Position numbers and translations under genes: made by a program
Part shown: positions 9,611-21,315 of the stretch, piece by piece
Layout: each line of letters begins with the position of its first letter
Numbering within the stretch: the first letter of the stretch is position 1
Notes under the pieces: model-generated
What the model saw: the letters and a program-made list of their open reading frames with translations, nothing else
Database searches by the model: none
What the model was told of the DNA's origin: nothing
Origin: Candidatus Latescibacterota bacterium
GTDB lineage: Bacteria; Latescibacterota; UBA2968; UBA8231
Reading direction: 5' to 3'
Assembly: GCA_965242865.1 (NCBI GenBank)
Contig: CBDETK010000013.1
Location: forward strand, 448,001 to 512,000
Length of the DNA: 64,000 nucleotides

Positions 9611-9675
9611 GGAGCGGAGACGGCCATTGGTACGGTACAAGGTAAAATACAAGGTGATTGGGCTGTCTCCGCTCC
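9611..9675 (+). terminator. Long stem-loop between porin and urtB (attenuator or mRNA stabiliser)
   Basis: GGAGCGGAGACGGCC (9611-9625) pairs with GGCTGTCTCCGCTCC (9661-9675), followed by GTTTT. Confidence 0.55.
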
Positions 9676-9732
9676 GTTTTATGGGGCGGAGCGATCTGCC
9701 CTCGATCCCGGACGCCGTGGGAACGGCAGAAA

Positions 9733-11430
9733 ATGCGTTCGCAAAGTAGGGGGCGGAGTTCAATTTTGTCGCTGGGAGTTCTAAAAATACTGGCGGTGTG
9801 GGTCTTAGCCGTGAGCGCGGCGGCGGCCAACCCGTGGGACGAAGCGCAGTTTGCGCGGCTGGCCAGCGGCGAGGACGCCGCGATCCAACAGGCCGTAACC
9901 GCCTTGGTCGCCCGCTACGACCCAGCCCATTACGCCTTGATGCAGGGGCTGTTCAGCGGGGCGGTCTATCGCTGGAACGAGCGCTTGGTGCTCATCGGCG
10001 ACGAGGAAATGGACGAGTACGGCGAGGCGATGGTCCCGCTCTTTACAGCGCATCCCGAGCGCGTGCCCATCCTCGACGAAGCGGGCAACCCGCTCAAGGT
10101 CTCGCTCTACGACCTAGAGGAGGTCGCAACCAATCGGCAGCTCCGGGCGCAGATTCAGCCCTATTTACTGCGGCTGGAACTGGTCCACCCGGCGGACGAC
10201 AAACGGCGGATCGCGGCTGAAAATATCGGCAACAAGGGAAGCACCGCCGACATCCCAGCGTTGCGCCGCTCCATCGAGGCCGAGACCGATGGGTCGATCC
10301 AGCGGTTGAAGCGCGTGTCGCTGGCTAAGCTGCAATTGGCGGACGCCCGGGCCGAGGTGCGCTTGCAGGCGGTGGCGGCACTGGGCGGCCTGCGTAGTCC
10401 GCTGGCCATACCCGTGCTAGAGCGACTCTTGAGTACCGGCGAGTCCGGGTCCTTGGCCGAGCCGGACGCTCAGGTGCGAGAACGAGCGGCCGCGGCTCTG
10501 ACCAACTTGCGGCGTTTTAGCTCCTTCATGCAGGCGGTGCAGACGATTTTTATCGGTCTGAGCTTGGGGTCCATTCTGGTGTTGATGTCGCTGGGGTTGG
10601 CGATTATCTACGGGCAGATGGGGGTGATTAACATGGCGCACGGCGAGTTTATGATGATCGGTGCCTATACAACCTTCGTGGTGCAGAACCTGTGTGCGGG
10701 CGTCCTGCCGGCGGAGCACGGCGATCTCTTTTTCGCGCTCTCCTTTCCGCTGGCCTTCCTCGTCGCTGGCGGCGTCGGGTTCCTACTAGAGGCGTCGATT
10801 ATATGCCGGCTCTACAGCCGACCTCTCGAAAGCCTGCTGGCCACTTGGGGCATCAGTCTGGTGCTGATTCAGGCGGCGCGCAGCGTCTTTGGCGATCTGA
10901 CCGCGGTGAAGTTGCCGCAGCTTTTGAGCGGCGGCTGGGAACTGGCGCCCCAAGTGGTGTTGCCCTACAACCGCATGTTCATCATGGTGCTGGCCGCGGC
11001 CATCGTCGGGATGCTGTTGGCGCTTTTTTTTCGCACGCGCTTTGGCCTCAAGCTGCGGGCCACGACCCAAAATCGAGCGATGAGTGCCTGCGTCGGGGTG
11101 CCAGTGCGGCGCATTGACGCCATGGCCTTTGCCTTGGGCACCGGGATTGCCGGGGTCGCCGGTTGGGCCATGACCCTGATTGGCAACGTCGTCCCCAACA
11201 TGGGCCAGACTTACATCGTCGATTCGTTCCTCGTGGTCGTCACCGGCGGGGTCGGCAAGCTGCTAGGCACGATCAGCGCCGGGCTGGGGATCGGCATTTT
11301 CAACAAGATGCTCGAGCCGCTCTTTGAAGCGGTGTACGGCAAGGTCATCCTGTTGGGCTTGATCATCGTCTTTTTGCAAGCGCGTCCGACCGGCCTCTTC
11401 CCGGCCAAAGGACGGAGCGCGGAACTATGA
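9733..11430 (+). CDS. urtB: Urea ABC transporter permease with N-terminal periplasmic HEAT-like region
   Basis: GLSLGSILVLMSLGLAIIYGQMGVINMAHGEFMMIGAY; RPLESLLATWG; start uncertain. Confidence 0.92.
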   Translation: MRSQSRGRSSILSLGVLKILAVWVLAVSAAAANPWDEAQFARLASGEDAAIQQAVTALVARYDPAHYALMQGLFSGAVYRWNERLVLIGDEEMDEYGEAMVPLFTAHPERVPILDEAGNPLKVSLYDLEEVATNRQLRAQIQPYLLRLELVHPADDKRRIAAENIGNKGSTADIPALRRSIEAETDGSIQRLKRVSLAKLQLADARAEVRLQAVAALGGLRSPLAIPVLERLLSTGESGSLAEPDAQVRERAAAALTNLRRFSSFMQAVQTIFIGLSLGSILVLMSLGLAIIYGQMGVINMAHGEFMMIGAYTTFVVQNLCAGVLPAEHGDLFFALSFPLAFLVAGGVGFLLEASIICRLYSRPLESLLATWGISLVLIQAARSVFGDLTAVKLPQLLSGGWELAPQVVLPYNRMFIMVLAAAIVGMLLALFFRTRFGLKLRATTQNRAMSACVGVPVRRIDAMAFALGTGIAGVAGWAMTLIGNVVPNMGQTYIVDSFLVVVTGGVGKLLGTISAGLGIGIFNKMLEPLFEAVYGKVILLGLIIVFLQARPTGLFPAKGRSAEL

Positions 11431-12485
11431 GCGCGTCTAGGCACCACATCGTCGTCGGTTCGCTGTTCGCCTTCTTTGGGCTGCTAGTCCCCTTGCTCAA
11501 CTATCTGGGCCTAGTGGCCGATACCACCCTGAACCTGTGGGGACGCTATTTTTGCTTTGCCATCGTCGCTTTGGGGATGGACCTGATTTGGGGGTTTACC
11601 GGCATTCTGTCGCTGTGTCAGGCGTTTTTCTTTTGTCTGGGCGGCTACGCCATAGGCATGCACATGCTGCTCAAGACCGGGACGAAGGGCGTGTACGGCA
11701 GTGCCTTGCCCGACTTCATGGTCTGGAACCGGGTCGAGGAGCTGCCGCTTTTTTGGCAGCCGTTCCACAGCCTGCCCCTGACCTTGCTCCTCGGGCTGCT
11801 GGTGCCGGGAGTGGCCGCGCTGGTCTTTGGTTTTCTCGCCTTCCGCAGCCGCATCAAGGGCGTGTACTTGGCCATTATCACCCAAGCGCTGGCGCTGGCG
11901 CTGTGGCTGCTCTTTTTGCGCAACGAGACCCTGTTGGGGGGGACCAACGGGCTGACGGATTTCAAGACCCTGCTGGGGTTTGAATTGGCCGAGCCAGCGA
12001 CCAAGCGCGGGCTTTACGTGGGGGCGTGTGCCGCGCTGGTGGGGGCGTATTATCTCTGCCGCTATATCGTCGGGTCCAAATTGGGCAAACTGCTGGTGGC
12101 CATCCGCGACAGCGAACACCGCCTGCGCTTTATCGGCTACCCTATCACCCGCTACAAGCTCTTCGTCTTTGTCGTCGCCAGCGCCTTGGCCGGCTTGGGA
12201 GGGATGCTCTACGTGCCGCAGACCGGCATCATCACGCCGGGGCGCATGGACGTGCAGGCTTCGATTGAGATCGTGGTGTGGACCGCGGTCGGCGGCCGGG
12301 GGACGTTGGTCGGCGCGATCGTCGGGGCCGTGCTGGTCAACTTGCTCTATAGCTTCCTCACCGGCGCGTTCCCCGGCACTTGGCTCTACTTCCTCGGTGC
12401 GCTCTTCGTCGGGGTGGTGCTGTTCTTTCCCGAGGGCATCGCCGGCCTAGTCGGGCGGTTGCGCCGGCGGCTGACGCCGGCCTAA
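11427..12485 (+). CDS. urtC: Urea ABC transporter permease
   Basis: DLIWGFTGILSLCQ, LPDFMVW, RSRIKGVY, GGTNGLTDF. Confidence 0.93.
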   Translation: MSASRHHIVVGSLFAFFGLLVPLLNYLGLVADTTLNLWGRYFCFAIVALGMDLIWGFTGILSLCQAFFFCLGGYAIGMHMLLKTGTKGVYGSALPDFMVWNRVEELPLFWQPFHSLPLTLLLGLLVPGVAALVFGFLAFRSRIKGVYLAIITQALALALWLLFLRNETLLGGTNGLTDFKTLLGFELAEPATKRGLYVGACAALVGAYYLCRYIVGSKLGKLLVAIRDSEHRLRFIGYPITRYKLFVFVVASALAGLGGMLYVPQTGIITPGRMDVQASIEIVVWTAVGGRGTLVGAIVGAVLVNLLYSFLTGAFPGTWLYFLGALFVGVVLFFPEGIAGLVGRLRRRLTPA

Positions 12486-12494
12486 CGAGGGGCG

Positions 12495-13259
12495 ATGGAC
12501 AATCTATACGTACAGCAGTTGAGCGTGTCGTTTGACGGCTTCAAGGCACTGGACATCGACATTTTTGAGGTGGCCCAAAACGAGTTGCGGGTGGTCATCG
12601 GCCCCAACGGCGCGGGCAAGACGACCCTGCTCGACGTGCTCTGCGGCCGGGCGCGGCCCGACGCGGGTCACGCTTACTTTAAGGACAAGGACCTGACGAA
12701 GCTGAGCGAGGATGAGATCGTCGAGCTCGGAGTGGGGCGCAAGTTCCAAGCACCGACGGTTTTTACTTCCCTGACCGTGGCCGACAACCTGATGCTCGCG
12801 GTAAAGGCCAACCGCGGCGTCTTTGCCTCGCTGTTCCACCGGCTCAAAGCAACCGAGGGCCGCCGGATTGCGGAAGTGGCCGAGCGCACTGGGCTGGCGG
12901 ACGCGCTCGACGAGGTGGCCGGGGCGCTGTCGCACGGTCAGAAGCAGTGGTTGGAGATCGCCATGGTCATCTTGCAGGACCCCACGCTCTTTTTGGTCGA
13001 TGAGCCAGCGGCCGGCATGACCGACGAGGAGACGTTCCGCACCGGGGAGATCCTCCAAGGGCTGGCCGAAGATCACGCCCTGATCGTCATTGAGCACGAC
13101 ATGGAATTCGTGCGGCAAATCGCCCGCAAAGTCACGGTGCTGCACGAGGGCAAAATCCTAGTTGAAGGGCCGATGGAAGCGGTGCAGAACGACCCGCGCG
13201 TCATTGAGTGCTATTTGGGAACGGCCATGGACCGGGAGGAACCGAGTGCAGCCCGTTGA
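12495..13259 (+). CDS. urtD: Urea ABC transporter ATP-binding protein
   Basis: GPNGAGKT, GRKFQ, LSHGQKQWLEI, DEPAAG. Confidence 0.93.
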   Translation: MDNLYVQQLSVSFDGFKALDIDIFEVAQNELRVVIGPNGAGKTTLLDVLCGRARPDAGHAYFKDKDLTKLSEDEIVELGVGRKFQAPTVFTSLTVADNLMLAVKANRGVFASLFHRLKATEGRRIAEVAERTGLADALDEVAGALSHGQKQWLEIAMVILQDPTLFLVDEPAAGMTDEETFRTGEILQGLAEDHALIVIEHDMEFVRQIARKVTVLHEGKILVEGPMEAVQNDPRVIECYLGTAMDREEPSAAR

Positions 13260-13956
13260 GACCACGCTGGCGGTGGAGGAGTTGGAGGTCCACTACGGGG
13301 GCAGCCGCATCTTGCGGGACATGAGCTTGCAGGTTCCCAGCGGCTCAATTGTGGCGGTGATGGGGCGCAACGGCGTCGGCAAAACCACGCTGCTCAAGGC
13401 GATCATGGGGTTGTTGACGCCGAGCAAGGGCCGGGTGTTTTTTGCCGGCGAGGATGTCACCGCGCTGACGGCTGACAAGCGCACCCGGCGGGGGTTGGGG
13501 TACGTGCCGCAGGGCCGCGAGATTTTTCCGCAGCTCACGGTGCGAGAAAACTTGGCGATCGGCTTGCAGGCGTGCGGGGGCCGGGGCGAGGTGCCCGAGG
13601 AAGTGTTCGCGCTGTTTCCGGTGTTGGCGGACATGCAGGAGCGGATGGGCGGCAATTTGAGCGGGGGACAGCAACAGCAATTGGCCATTGCCCGGGCGCT
13701 GGTCGGCCAACCCAAGGTCCTGATGCTGGACGAGCCGACCGAGGGGATTCAGCCGTCGATCATCTTGGAAATAGAAAAGGTGTTGCTCCAGCTCAAGGAG
13801 CGCGGCGAGTTCGCCATCGTCCTAGTTGAGCAGTACTTCGACTTCGCCCGGCAGATCGCCGATCACTTCTTTCTGATGGACCGCGGCCGCATCCTGTTGC
13901 AGGGAACCGCCGCCGAGCTGTCCGATGAAAGCATCAAAACCCATCTGACGTTTTGA
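13246..13956 (+). CDS. urtE: Urea ABC transporter ATP-binding protein
   Basis: [46 protein letters not shown]. Confidence 0.93.
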   Translation: MQPVETTLAVEELEVHYGGSRILRDMSLQVPSGSIVAVMGRNGVGKTTLLKAIMGLLTPSKGRVFFAGEDVTALTADKRTRRGLGYVPQGREIFPQLTVRENLAIGLQACGGRGEVPEEVFALFPVLADMQERMGGNLSGGQQQQLAIARALVGQPKVLMLDEPTEGIQPSIILEIEKVLLQLKERGEFAIVLVEQYFDFARQIADHFFLMDRGRILLQGTAAELSDESIKTHLTF

Positions 13957-13967
13957 GGGAGGGCTTC

Positions 13968-14723
13968 ATGCGGCTTTCGCCGAGGGAAATCGACAAGCTG
14001 GTGTTGCACAACGCCGGGTTTGTGGCGCAGAAGCGCTATGCTCGGGGCCTGCGGCTGAACTACCCGGAGGCGACCGCGCTGCTCGCAGCGCAGTTGCTCG
14101 AATTTATCCGCGATGGCGAGCGAGTCGCCCTCTTGATGGACAAGGGCAAGCAATTGCTCGGAATCGAAGAGGTGTTGCCGGGGGTGCCGGAGCTGGTCCA
14201 CGAGGTACAAGTCGAGGGCACGTTTCCCGACGGCACCAAGCTGGTGACGGTCCATCAGCCGATCTGCCGCGCCCGGGGCAGTGCCGAGTTGGCGCTTTAT
14301 GGATCGGGGTTGGTGCGCGTGGGCGAGCCGTGGTCGCCAGACAATGCGTCCCATGCCGCGCCTGGGGAAACACTCGTAGCGGGCGAGGAGCTCGCGCTCA
14401 ACGCTGGCCGCGCAAAAGTGGAGCTCGAAGTGGCGAATATGGGCGACCGGCCGGTGCAGGTGGGGTCGCACTTTCCCTTTTTTGAGGCCAACGCTGAATT
14501 GCGCTTTGACCGCGCCCGGGCTTATGGCTTTCGCCTCGACATTCCCTCGGGCACGGCGGTGCGGTTTGAGCCGGGCGAGACCAAGACGGTGACGCTAATT
14601 GCCATCGCTGGCCAGCGCGTCGTCCACGGCGGCAGTGGTTTGATCGACGGGGCCTTGAGCGACCCCAACAAGGCCGCGGCCCTCAACCGCGCAAAAGAGC
14701 GCGGCTTTTTAGGAGTGGAGTAG
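13968..14723 (+). CDS. ureAB: Fused urease gamma/beta subunit
   Basis: [11 protein letters not shown]...[14 protein letters not shown] (gamma) fused to [12 protein letters not shown]...[15 protein letters not shown] (beta). Confidence 0.95.
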   Translation: MRLSPREIDKLVLHNAGFVAQKRYARGLRLNYPEATALLAAQLLEFIRDGERVALLMDKGKQLLGIEEVLPGVPELVHEVQVEGTFPDGTKLVTVHQPICRARGSAELALYGSGLVRVGEPWSPDNASHAAPGETLVAGEELALNAGRAKVELEVANMGDRPVQVGSHFPFFEANAELRFDRARAYGFRLDIPSGTAVRFEPGETKTVTLIAIAGQRVVHGGSGLIDGALSDPNKAAALNRAKERGFLGVE

Positions 14724-14725
14724 CC

Positions 14726-16429
14726 ATGCACCTTGATCGACGCGCTTATGCGGATATGTACGGCCCCACCACCGGCGACCGGGTGCGGCTGGGCGACACA
14801 GACTTGGTCGTCGAGGTGGAAAAGGATCACACCGTGTACGGGGAGGAGTGCAAGTTTGGCGGCGGCAAGGTGCTGCGCGACGGCATGGGCCAGCAGAGCG
14901 GCGCGAGCCAACAAGAGGCCCTCGACTTGGTAATCACCAACGCGCTGGTGCTCGACTACACGGGTATTTACAAGGCCGATATCGGCGTCAAGGCCGGGCG
15001 CATCGCCGGGATTGGCAAGGCGGGCAACCCAGACATTATGCCGGGGGTGGCCGAGCGGATGATCGTCGGCGCGACCACCGAAGTGGTAGCCGGGGAAAAG
15101 CTGATTTTGACGGCCGGCGCACTGGACGTACACGTGCATTTTATTTGCCCGCAGCAAGTTGAAGAGGCCATTGCCTCGGGCGTCACCACCCTGCTCGGCG
15201 GCGGCACCGGCCCGGCGACCGGCACGAAGGCCACCACTTGTACCCCGGGGGCCTTTTACATCCGCACGATGCTGCAAGCAGCCGATGCGTGGCCGCTCAA
15301 CGTTGGCTTTTTGGGCAAGGGCAATTCGTCGGCGCGCCTCGGATTGGCGGCGCAAGTTGAGGCCGGAGCGTGCGGTCTCAAGCTGCACGAGGACTGGGGC
15401 ACGACGCCGGCGACCATTGATGCGTGTCTGGCGGTTGCCGACGAATTCGACGTGCAGGTTTGCATCCACACCGACACGCTCAACGAGTCCGGCTTTGTCG
15501 AGGCGTCGCTGGCGGCTTTCAAAGGCCGGACGATTCACACCTACCACACCGAGGGCGCGGGCGGCGGACACGCGCCCGATATTCTGCGGCTTTGCGGCGA
15601 GGCCAATGTGCTGCCCTCTTCGACCAACCCGACGCGGCCCTTTACGGTCAACACCATCGACGAACATTTAGACATGCTGATGGTCTGCCACCACCTCGAC
15701 AAGAACATTCCCGAGGACGTGGCCTTTGCCGAGAGCCGGATCCGCCAAGAGACCATTGCGGCCGAAGACATTTTACACGACTTGGGCGCGCTGTCGATTA
15801 TCGCCTCGGACAGCCAAGCGATGGGCCGCGTGGGAGAGGTGGTGTGCCGGACTTGGCAGACGGCGCACAAGATGCGCCAGCAGCGGGGCCTGCTGCCCGA
15901 AGACGCGGGCGGCGCCGACAACTATCGCGCCCGGCGCTACATCGCCAAATACACCATCAATCCGGCCATTGCCCACGGCCTCTCGGCCCACATCGGCTCG
16001 GTGGAGACGGGCAAGTGGGCCGATTTGGCGTTGTGGCAGCCGGCTTTTTTCGGCGTCAAGCCCGAGCTCGTGCTCAAAGGCGGGGTCATTGCCTACGCCC
16101 AGATGGGCGACGCCAATGCGTCCATCCCCACGCCGCAGCCCGTGTATCCGCGCCCCATGTTCGGGGCTTACGGCAATGCGGTGGGGCCGACCTCGCTCGC
16201 TTTTGTATCGCCGGCGTCGCGCGAGCGGGTGGGCGAGTACGGGTTGGCCAAAGCGGTCGTGCCGGTCGAGCATTGCCGCGCCATTGGCAAGGCCGACATG
16301 CAGCTCAACGACGCGGTGCCCAATATCGAGGTCGATCCAGAGACCTATAAGGTGAACGTCGATGGCAGGGAAATTACCTGCGCGCCGGCAGAAAAACTGC
16401 CGCTGGCGCAGCTGTATCACCTGTTCTAA
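14726..16429 (+). CDS. ureC: Urease alpha (catalytic) subunit
   Basis: [65 protein letters not shown]. Confidence 0.98.
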   Translation: MHLDRRAYADMYGPTTGDRVRLGDTDLVVEVEKDHTVYGEECKFGGGKVLRDGMGQQSGASQQEALDLVITNALVLDYTGIYKADIGVKAGRIAGIGKAGNPDIMPGVAERMIVGATTEVVAGEKLILTAGALDVHVHFICPQQVEEAIASGVTTLLGGGTGPATGTKATTCTPGAFYIRTMLQAADAWPLNVGFLGKGNSSARLGLAAQVEAGACGLKLHEDWGTTPATIDACLAVADEFDVQVCIHTDTLNESGFVEASLAAFKGRTIHTYHTEGAGGGHAPDILRLCGEANVLPSSTNPTRPFTVNTIDEHLDMLMVCHHLDKNIPEDVAFAESRIRQETIAAEDILHDLGALSIIASDSQAMGRVGEVVCRTWQTAHKMRQQRGLLPEDAGGADNYRARRYIAKYTINPAIAHGLSAHIGSVETGKWADLALWQPAFFGVKPELVLKGGVIAYAQMGDANASIPTPQPVYPRPMFGAYGNAVGPTSLAFVSPASRERVGEYGLAKAVVPVEHCRAIGKADMQLNDAVPNIEVDPETYKVNVDGREITCAPAEKLPLAQLYHLF

Positions 16430-17082
16430 TGGATCGCCTCTATCCGTTGCTGCACCTCGCCGACAGCGCGCTGCCGGCCGGTGGCTACGCCTTTTCCAAT
16501 GGCTTGGAAGGGGCCTATCAGTTGGGCTTGTTGGCTGCGTCTGGAGCCTTGGAGGAGTTCGTGCATTCGGCGCTGATGGCCGCGGCTTACGGCGAGATTC
16601 CCTTCATCCATTCCTGTTACGTCGAAGCCGACGAAGCGGCTGTGGCAAAGATGGCCCAGTTCTACGACGCGCTGCTCGCGGCGCCGGCCATGCGCCGGGC
16701 GAGTTTGCTCTTGGGCAAGAACTGGTTGCGGCTGATGGCTGGTTTGTACCCAGCGGCTAAATTCGCAACCTTGCGGCGGGCACACGCGCACTACACGGTG
16801 GTGTTTGGGCTGGCGTTAAAAGCGGCGGGCTTTGCCCAAGCCGCTGCCCAGCAGCTTTACATGTTTCAGGTGCTCAGGGATCAGATGAGTGCTGCGGTGC
16901 GTCTCGGAATCGTCGGGCCGCTGGAGGCCACGCGGCAGCAGTTGGGTTTGTACGCGCATTGCGAGGGCTTGCTGGCGGAAGTGGCCGGCCGCCCCTACGC
17001 CCAAGCGACGCGCAGCACGCCGCAGCTAGACATCGCCCAGAGCGTCCACGACGACCTCTACTCGCGCCTTTTCCAAAGTTGA
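16429..17082 (+). CDS. ureF: Urease accessory protein UreF
   Basis: [26 protein letters not shown]-terminal SRLFQS. Confidence 0.93.
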   Translation: MDRLYPLLHLADSALPAGGYAFSNGLEGAYQLGLLAASGALEEFVHSALMAAAYGEIPFIHSCYVEADEAAVAKMAQFYDALLAAPAMRRASLLLGKNWLRLMAGLYPAAKFATLRRAHAHYTVVFGLALKAAGFAQAAAQQLYMFQVLRDQMSAAVRLGIVGPLEATRQQLGLYAHCEGLLAEVAGRPYAQATRSTPQLDIAQSVHDDLYSRLFQS

Positions 17083-17093
17083 TACAGGGAGAT

Positions 17094-17792
<699 letters not shown>

Positions 17793-17805
17793 TTGCTTCG
17801 GTCGC

Positions 17806-18111
17806 TCACGTGCCGAGGGCACGCACAACCGCTTCCGGCTCGCGGTCGATAACAGTCAGCAGAACGCGGGCCGCGCGGTCGGGAACGCGACGGCCTTGTT
17901 CCCAATCCTGCACTGCGCGTACGTCGAGACCGAACCGCTCGGCGAATTTCTGGCGACTCAGCTTCATGCCTTGGCGAAGCGCACGAATCCGCTCTGAGGT
18001 CGGATCATCCACGATTCGGCAGGGAAGATCGATCTCACCGCGCACATGGGCGCATACCTCTCCCAGTGCCGTCTCGATTTCTCGACCGAATGGGGTTCGT
18101 TCCGTTGTCAT
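17806..18111 (-). CDS. XRE/HTH protein, HigA-like type II antitoxin
   Basis: IRALRQGMKLSRQKFAERFGLDVRAVQDWEQGRRVP...LLTVIDREPEAV. Confidence 0.8.
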   Translation of the reverse strand: MTTERTPFGREIETALGEVCAHVRGEIDLPCRIVDDPTSERIRALRQGMKLSRQKFAERFGLDVRAVQDWEQGRRVPDRAARVLLTVIDREPEAVVRALGT

Positions 18112-18158
18112 TTGGTTTTCTCCTTTTCCTTGATCGCAGCCACTAGCCTTGTCAGTAC
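18108..18158 (-). pseudogene. C-terminal remnant of a RelE/HigB-like toxin
   Basis: Reads VLTRLVAAIKEKEKTK* with TGA overlapping the antitoxin ATG (ATGA); begins right after the purH-like stop. Confidence 0.45.
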
Positions 18159-18159
18159 C

Positions 18160-19335
18160 TTAATGATGGAAAAGCCGCACCCCCGAATGAATCATGAGCA
18201 TTCCATATTCGTCTGCCGTCTCAATGACCTGATCGTCCCGCGTTGACCCGCCGGCTTGCACTAGATATTCCACGCCTGAACGCTGCGCCCGGTCGATGTT
18301 GTCGCGGAAGGGGAAAAAGGCGTCTGAGCTCAGGGCCACGCCTCGGAGCCGGTCCAACCACGCCCGCTTCTCTTCGGGGCTGAGCCGTTCTGGAACCGCG
18401 CGGAAATTGGCTTCCCAAGCCCGGAGTTCGGCGGGGGTGGCGTCGTCTTGCAGGTAGAGGTCGATGGCGTTGATTTTTTCCGGGCGCTTGAGGCCCTGGG
18501 CAAATTTCATGCCCAACACTTTGGGATGCAGGCGCAGATACCAATTGTCGGCCTTGGCGCAGGCCAAGCGCACGCAGTGGATGCGCGACTGCTGGCCGGC
18601 CCCGATGCCGATGACTTGGCCATCGCGGGCCAGACACACCGAGTTGGACTGGGTGTACTTGAGGGCAATGGTCGCCACCGTCAAGTCGCGCCGCGCACTA
18701 GCCGGCAAGCCTTGGCGAGCCGTGACGATGGGGCGGAAAAAGGCGGCGTCGGGAATAAAGTCGTTGCGTTGCTGCGCGAGTTGGACGCCGAATAGCTGGC
18801 GTTGCTCGGTCGCAGCGGGCGCGTAGTCTGGGTCGATTTGCAGGATGCGGTACTGACCGCCCTTTTTCTTTTTTAAGATCGCCAGAGCCTCTCGCTCGTA
18901 GCCCGGGGCGATGATCCCGTCGGAAACCTCGGCGCGGATGAGCTCGGCCGTAGGGACATCGACCACGTCGCTCAGGGCGATCCAGTCGCCAAAGGAGGCG
19001 AGGCGGTCGGCCCCGCGCGCCCGGGCGTATGCGGTAGCCAGCGGGCTGAGGGCGCGGTTGGCGACGAAGTAGGACGCGCTCAGGGCCTCGTCGAGCGGTG
19101 CGGCAATGGCCGCGCCGGCCGGAGAGACGTGTTTGAACGAGGCCGCGGCCGGCCGGCCGAGGACGCGCTTGAGGTCGCGGACGAGCGGCCAAGCGTTGAG
19201 CGAGTCTAGGAGATTGATGTAGCTGGGGGCGGCGTTGAGCGGCTCAATGGGCAGGGCGTGCCCATCGGCCATAAAGCAGCGGGCCGCTGCTTGGTGCGGG
19301 TTGCAGCCGTAGCGCATGTCGATTGCGGCGGGCAT
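18160..19335 (-). CDS. purH: AICAR transformylase (PurH C-terminal domain only)
   Basis: RYGCNPHQ, SFKHVSPAG, KYTQSNSVC, GAGQQSRIHC, SSDAFFPFRDN; no N-terminal IMP cyclohydrolase domain. Confidence 0.9.
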   Translation of the reverse strand: MPAAIDMRYGCNPHQAAARCFMADGHALPIEPLNAAPSYINLLDSLNAWPLVRDLKRVLGRPAAASFKHVSPAGAAIAAPLDEALSASYFVANRALSPLATAYARARGADRLASFGDWIALSDVVDVPTAELIRAEVSDGIIAPGYEREALAILKKKKGGQYRILQIDPDYAPAATEQRQLFGVQLAQQRNDFIPDAAFFRPIVTARQGLPASARRDLTVATIALKYTQSNSVCLARDGQVIGIGAGQQSRIHCVRLACAKADNWYLRLHPKVLGMKFAQGLKRPEKINAIDLYLQDDATPAELRAWEANFRAVPERLSPEEKRAWLDRLRGVALSSDAFFPFRDNIDRAQRSGVEYLVQAGGSTRDDQVIETADEYGMLMIHSGVRLFHH

Positions 19336-19458
19336 ATTTTTTCCTCGGTGAGACCAATTTGACAAACGTTGGGGTGGCGTATTATGTTCGGCAATCGCGG
19401 CCAAAAGACAATCGCCAATCCACTCCCTTTTGACAAGCTAAGACGAGGTAAAGCGGCC

Positions 19459-20493
19459 ATGTTCAACGGTTGTAGTACAGCCTTAGTGACGCCCATGAAC
19501 GCCGACGGCAGCATTGACTACGGCGGCTTGGACCAACTCGTGGAATTCCAAATTGCCAACAACATCCAAGCCGTGCTCGCGGTCGGCACGACCGGCGAAA
19601 GCCCGACCCTGTTGTGGGAAGAGCACAACGAAGTCATCGACCGCACGGTCGCGCTGGCCAAGGGCCGCACCTTGGCCATTGCCGGCACGGGCAGCAACTC
19701 CACCAAGGAGACCATGGCTGGCAGCGAACACGCCGCCCATATAGGCGCGGACGCCGTGCTTTTAGTCGATCCCTATTACAACGGCCCGAGCTCCTTGGAG
19801 ATTCGGCGCGAATACGTCGAGCCGGTGGCCCGCGCTTTTCCCGAGCTGCAGATCATCCCTTACGTCATCCCCGGGCGCACCGGCTGCATGATGCAGGCCG
19901 AAGATTTGGCCATCCTCGCCCACCAGTACCCCAACGTGGCCCAAGTCAAAGAGGCGACCGGCGACTTGGACAACATGGCCAAGACGCGCCGGCTCTGCGG
20001 CGACGATTTTACCATCCTGTCGGGCGACGACGACAAGACCGTGGCGATGATGAAGAGCGAGGATATTCGAGCTGCGGGCGTGATCTCGGTGATGTCCAAC
20101 GTCATTCCGGGCCCCATCCAGCGGCTCACCGAGCTGCTCAACGCCGGGCGCGAGGACGAGGCCGATCGGTTGGCTGCAAAGCTGGCCCCGCTTTTTGGCA
20201 TCGTCGGCGTCACCACCACGGAGCAGAGTGCGTACGGCCCGGTTGAGTGCAAGGCGCGCAACCCCGTGCCGGTTAAGACGCTGATGAACATCCTCGGCAT
20301 GCCGGCCGGGCCGGTGCGGCCGCCGCTGGGCAAGATGACGGCCGCAGGCGCGCAAACGGTGCTGGCAGCCGCGCGCCAAGTACACGCAAACGACCCAACG
20401 GCTTTTGCGCCGATTGCCGAGTTCTTCGGCGTGGATGTGGAAGCGCGTCTGCACGACGGCTCGTTGGCCGAGCACGTGTATCCATCGTATTAA
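19459..20493 (+). CDS. dapA: 4-hydroxy-tetrahydrodipicolinate synthase
   Basis: TALVTP, GTTGESPTL, GTGSNST, YVIPGRTG, VKEATG, LSGDD; followed by dapB. Confidence 0.92.
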   Translation: MFNGCSTALVTPMNADGSIDYGGLDQLVEFQIANNIQAVLAVGTTGESPTLLWEEHNEVIDRTVALAKGRTLAIAGTGSNSTKETMAGSEHAAHIGADAVLLVDPYYNGPSSLEIRREYVEPVARAFPELQIIPYVIPGRTGCMMQAEDLAILAHQYPNVAQVKEATGDLDNMAKTRRLCGDDFTILSGDDDKTVAMMKSEDIRAAGVISVMSNVIPGPIQRLTELLNAGREDEADRLAAKLAPLFGIVGVTTTEQSAYGPVECKARNPVPVKTLMNILGMPAGPVRPPLGKMTAAGAQTVLAAARQVHANDPTAFAPIAEFFGVDVEARLHDGSLAEHVYPSY

Positions 20494-20507
20494 CTGAGGC
20501 TAGCGCA

Positions 20508-21311
20508 ATGACTAAAATCGTACTCTGCGGGGTGGCCGGGCGCATGGGCCAGCGGCTGGCTCACTTGACTTTGGCCGCGCCCGATTTGGAGCTATGCGGC
20601 GGCAAGGAGCACCCAACTCACGAGGCGGTGGGGCGCGACATCGGCGAAGTGGTCGGCACCCGGCACCTCGACCTAATCATCAGCGACACGCTGGCCGGCA
20701 TCGTCGAACCCGACCGAGTCGTCATCAACTTTACGACTCCGGAGGCGACCCTTGAAGACGCAGCCCTCTGCGCGGTGCGCGGGGTGCCCATGGTAGTCGG
20801 GACCACGGGGTTTAACCCAGAGCAGCTCGCGGAATTCAAGCGGACGGTAGCCGACATTACCTGCGTGTTTGCGTCGAATTTTAGCACCGCCATGAACGTG
20901 CTCTTCAAGCTGGTTGAAGAGGCCGCCCGGATCTTGGGCGACGACTACGATGTGGAAGTCATCGAAGCGCATCACCGGCACAAGGTCGATGCGCCCTCTG
21001 GGTCGGCCCTGACGCTGGCCGAGCGGGCCGCGGCCGGGTTGGGCCGCACCTTACGCGAGGTGGCTGTCCACGGGCGGTCAGGCGTGATCGGCGAGCGTTC
21101 CCGCCAAGAGATTGGCCTACACGCGATTCGCGCCGGCGACTTGGCGGGCGAGCACTCGGTGCTCTACGCGGCCCTGGGCGAATGCTTGGAGCTGCGGCAC
21201 CGCGCCACAAATCGCGATTGCTTTGCCTTGGGCGCGTTGCGTGCCGCTCGTTTTGCCGCGCAGGCTGCGCCCGGGATGTACTCGATGGGAGATGTGTTGG
21301 GGCTGGGTTGA
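20508..21311 (+). CDS. dapB: 4-hydroxy-tetrahydrodipicolinate reductase
   Basis: GVAGRMG, VGTTG, EAHHRHKVDAPSG. Confidence 0.95.
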   Translation: MTKIVLCGVAGRMGQRLAHLTLAAPDLELCGGKEHPTHEAVGRDIGEVVGTRHLDLIISDTLAGIVEPDRVVINFTTPEATLEDAALCAVRGVPMVVGTTGFNPEQLAEFKRTVADITCVFASNFSTAMNVLFKLVEEAARILGDDYDVEVIEAHHRHKVDAPSGSALTLAERAAAGLGRTLREVAVHGRSGVIGERSRQEIGLHAIRAGDLAGEHSVLYAALGECLELRHRATNRDCFALGALRAARFAAQAAPGMYSMGDVLGLG

Positions 21312-21315
21312 GTGC

